From: Candidatus Sumerlaeaceae bacterium
Lineage (GTDB): Bacteria; Sumerlaeota; Sumerlaeia; Sumerlaeales; Sumerlaeaceae
DNA: 50,022 nt
Direction of reading: 5' to 3'
Assembly: GCA_051003195.1 (NCBI GenBank)
Contig: JBPCLP010000029.1
Coordinates: 1-50,022, forward strand
Below are positions 49,812 to 50,022 of this stretch, in pieces; the stretch's first letter is position 1; each line of letters begins with the position of its first letter. The notes under the pieces were generated by a model. It saw only the letters and a list, made by a program, of their open reading frames with translations, did no database searches and was not told where the DNA came from. The position numbers were made by a program, and so were the translations under genes.

Positions 49812-50019
49812 AGTTGCCGCGACGCGGAGGCACCGACCCTTCGCACGCTCGACGATCAAACTTCTCACAGAAGGCACTTAGCCCGACCCTTACCACAGAG
49901 GCACAGAGACCCAGAGCTTTCACAGAGGAAAACACTTCTGCAATTTGTAAGGGTTCTTACCACGTTATGCACAATAAGCAACTCGGTGCATACTCTGTGT
50001 CTCTGTGCCTCTGTGGTAA
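49812..50019. repeat. Right copy of the terminal repeat, with the complete 130 bp palindromic element
   Basis: 27 bp arms 49890-49916 and 49993-50019 (26/27 complementary). 49812-50009 is the inverse of 1-198. Confidence 0.95.
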
Positions 50020-50022
50020 AAT

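Noticed and set aside
1..50022. Linear plasmid/phage or composite transposon with terminal inverted repeats
   Set aside because: Cargo is core chromosomal genes, and there is no transposase, terminal protein or replication gene.

Overview
A ~50 kb GC-rich bacterial chromosomal segment, probably a whole assembled contig: its two ends are the same ~198 bp palindromic repeat in inverted orientation (195/198 identical by eye). Content is mostly housekeeping and envelope genes: argC, argD-argF, ruvB, comEC, two class A dnaJ genes, yciH/SUI1, moeA, fabI, a ResB-like protein, a PDZ/DUF512 radical SAM protein, a UbiA-family prenyl-phosphate phosphoribosyltransferase, an orphan histidine kinase, DUF1015 and an MFS transporter. 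Exported enzymes include an S8 peptidase with FG-GAP repeats, a PQQ-type sugar dehydrogenase, a sulfatase, a CBM9-like protein and a polysaccharide deacetylase. A five-gene, PTS-free tagatose-6-phosphate-type sugar operon is also present. The best candidate for an undescribed system is a tandem pair of ~1000 aa receptor-like Ser/Thr kinases: kinase, one TM helix, helical region, golvesin/xanthan-lyase-C-like beta domain, then a CxxC-less thioredoxin-like fold. Both have an unusual HRDLKPSQ catalytic loop. Other points of interest are several small palindromic intergenic repeat families (including a 61 bp hairpin unit in three copies), an attC-like hairpin near the left end, a GAAC-N4-GTTC box before ruvB, and a possible C-terminal sorting motif (IEDWQLH). 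From memory that motif hints at Candidatus Sumerlaeota/BRC1, which is unverified. No tRNA, rRNA, CRISPR array, integrase or transposase gene was found. All family calls come from motif recognition by eye, not database searches.
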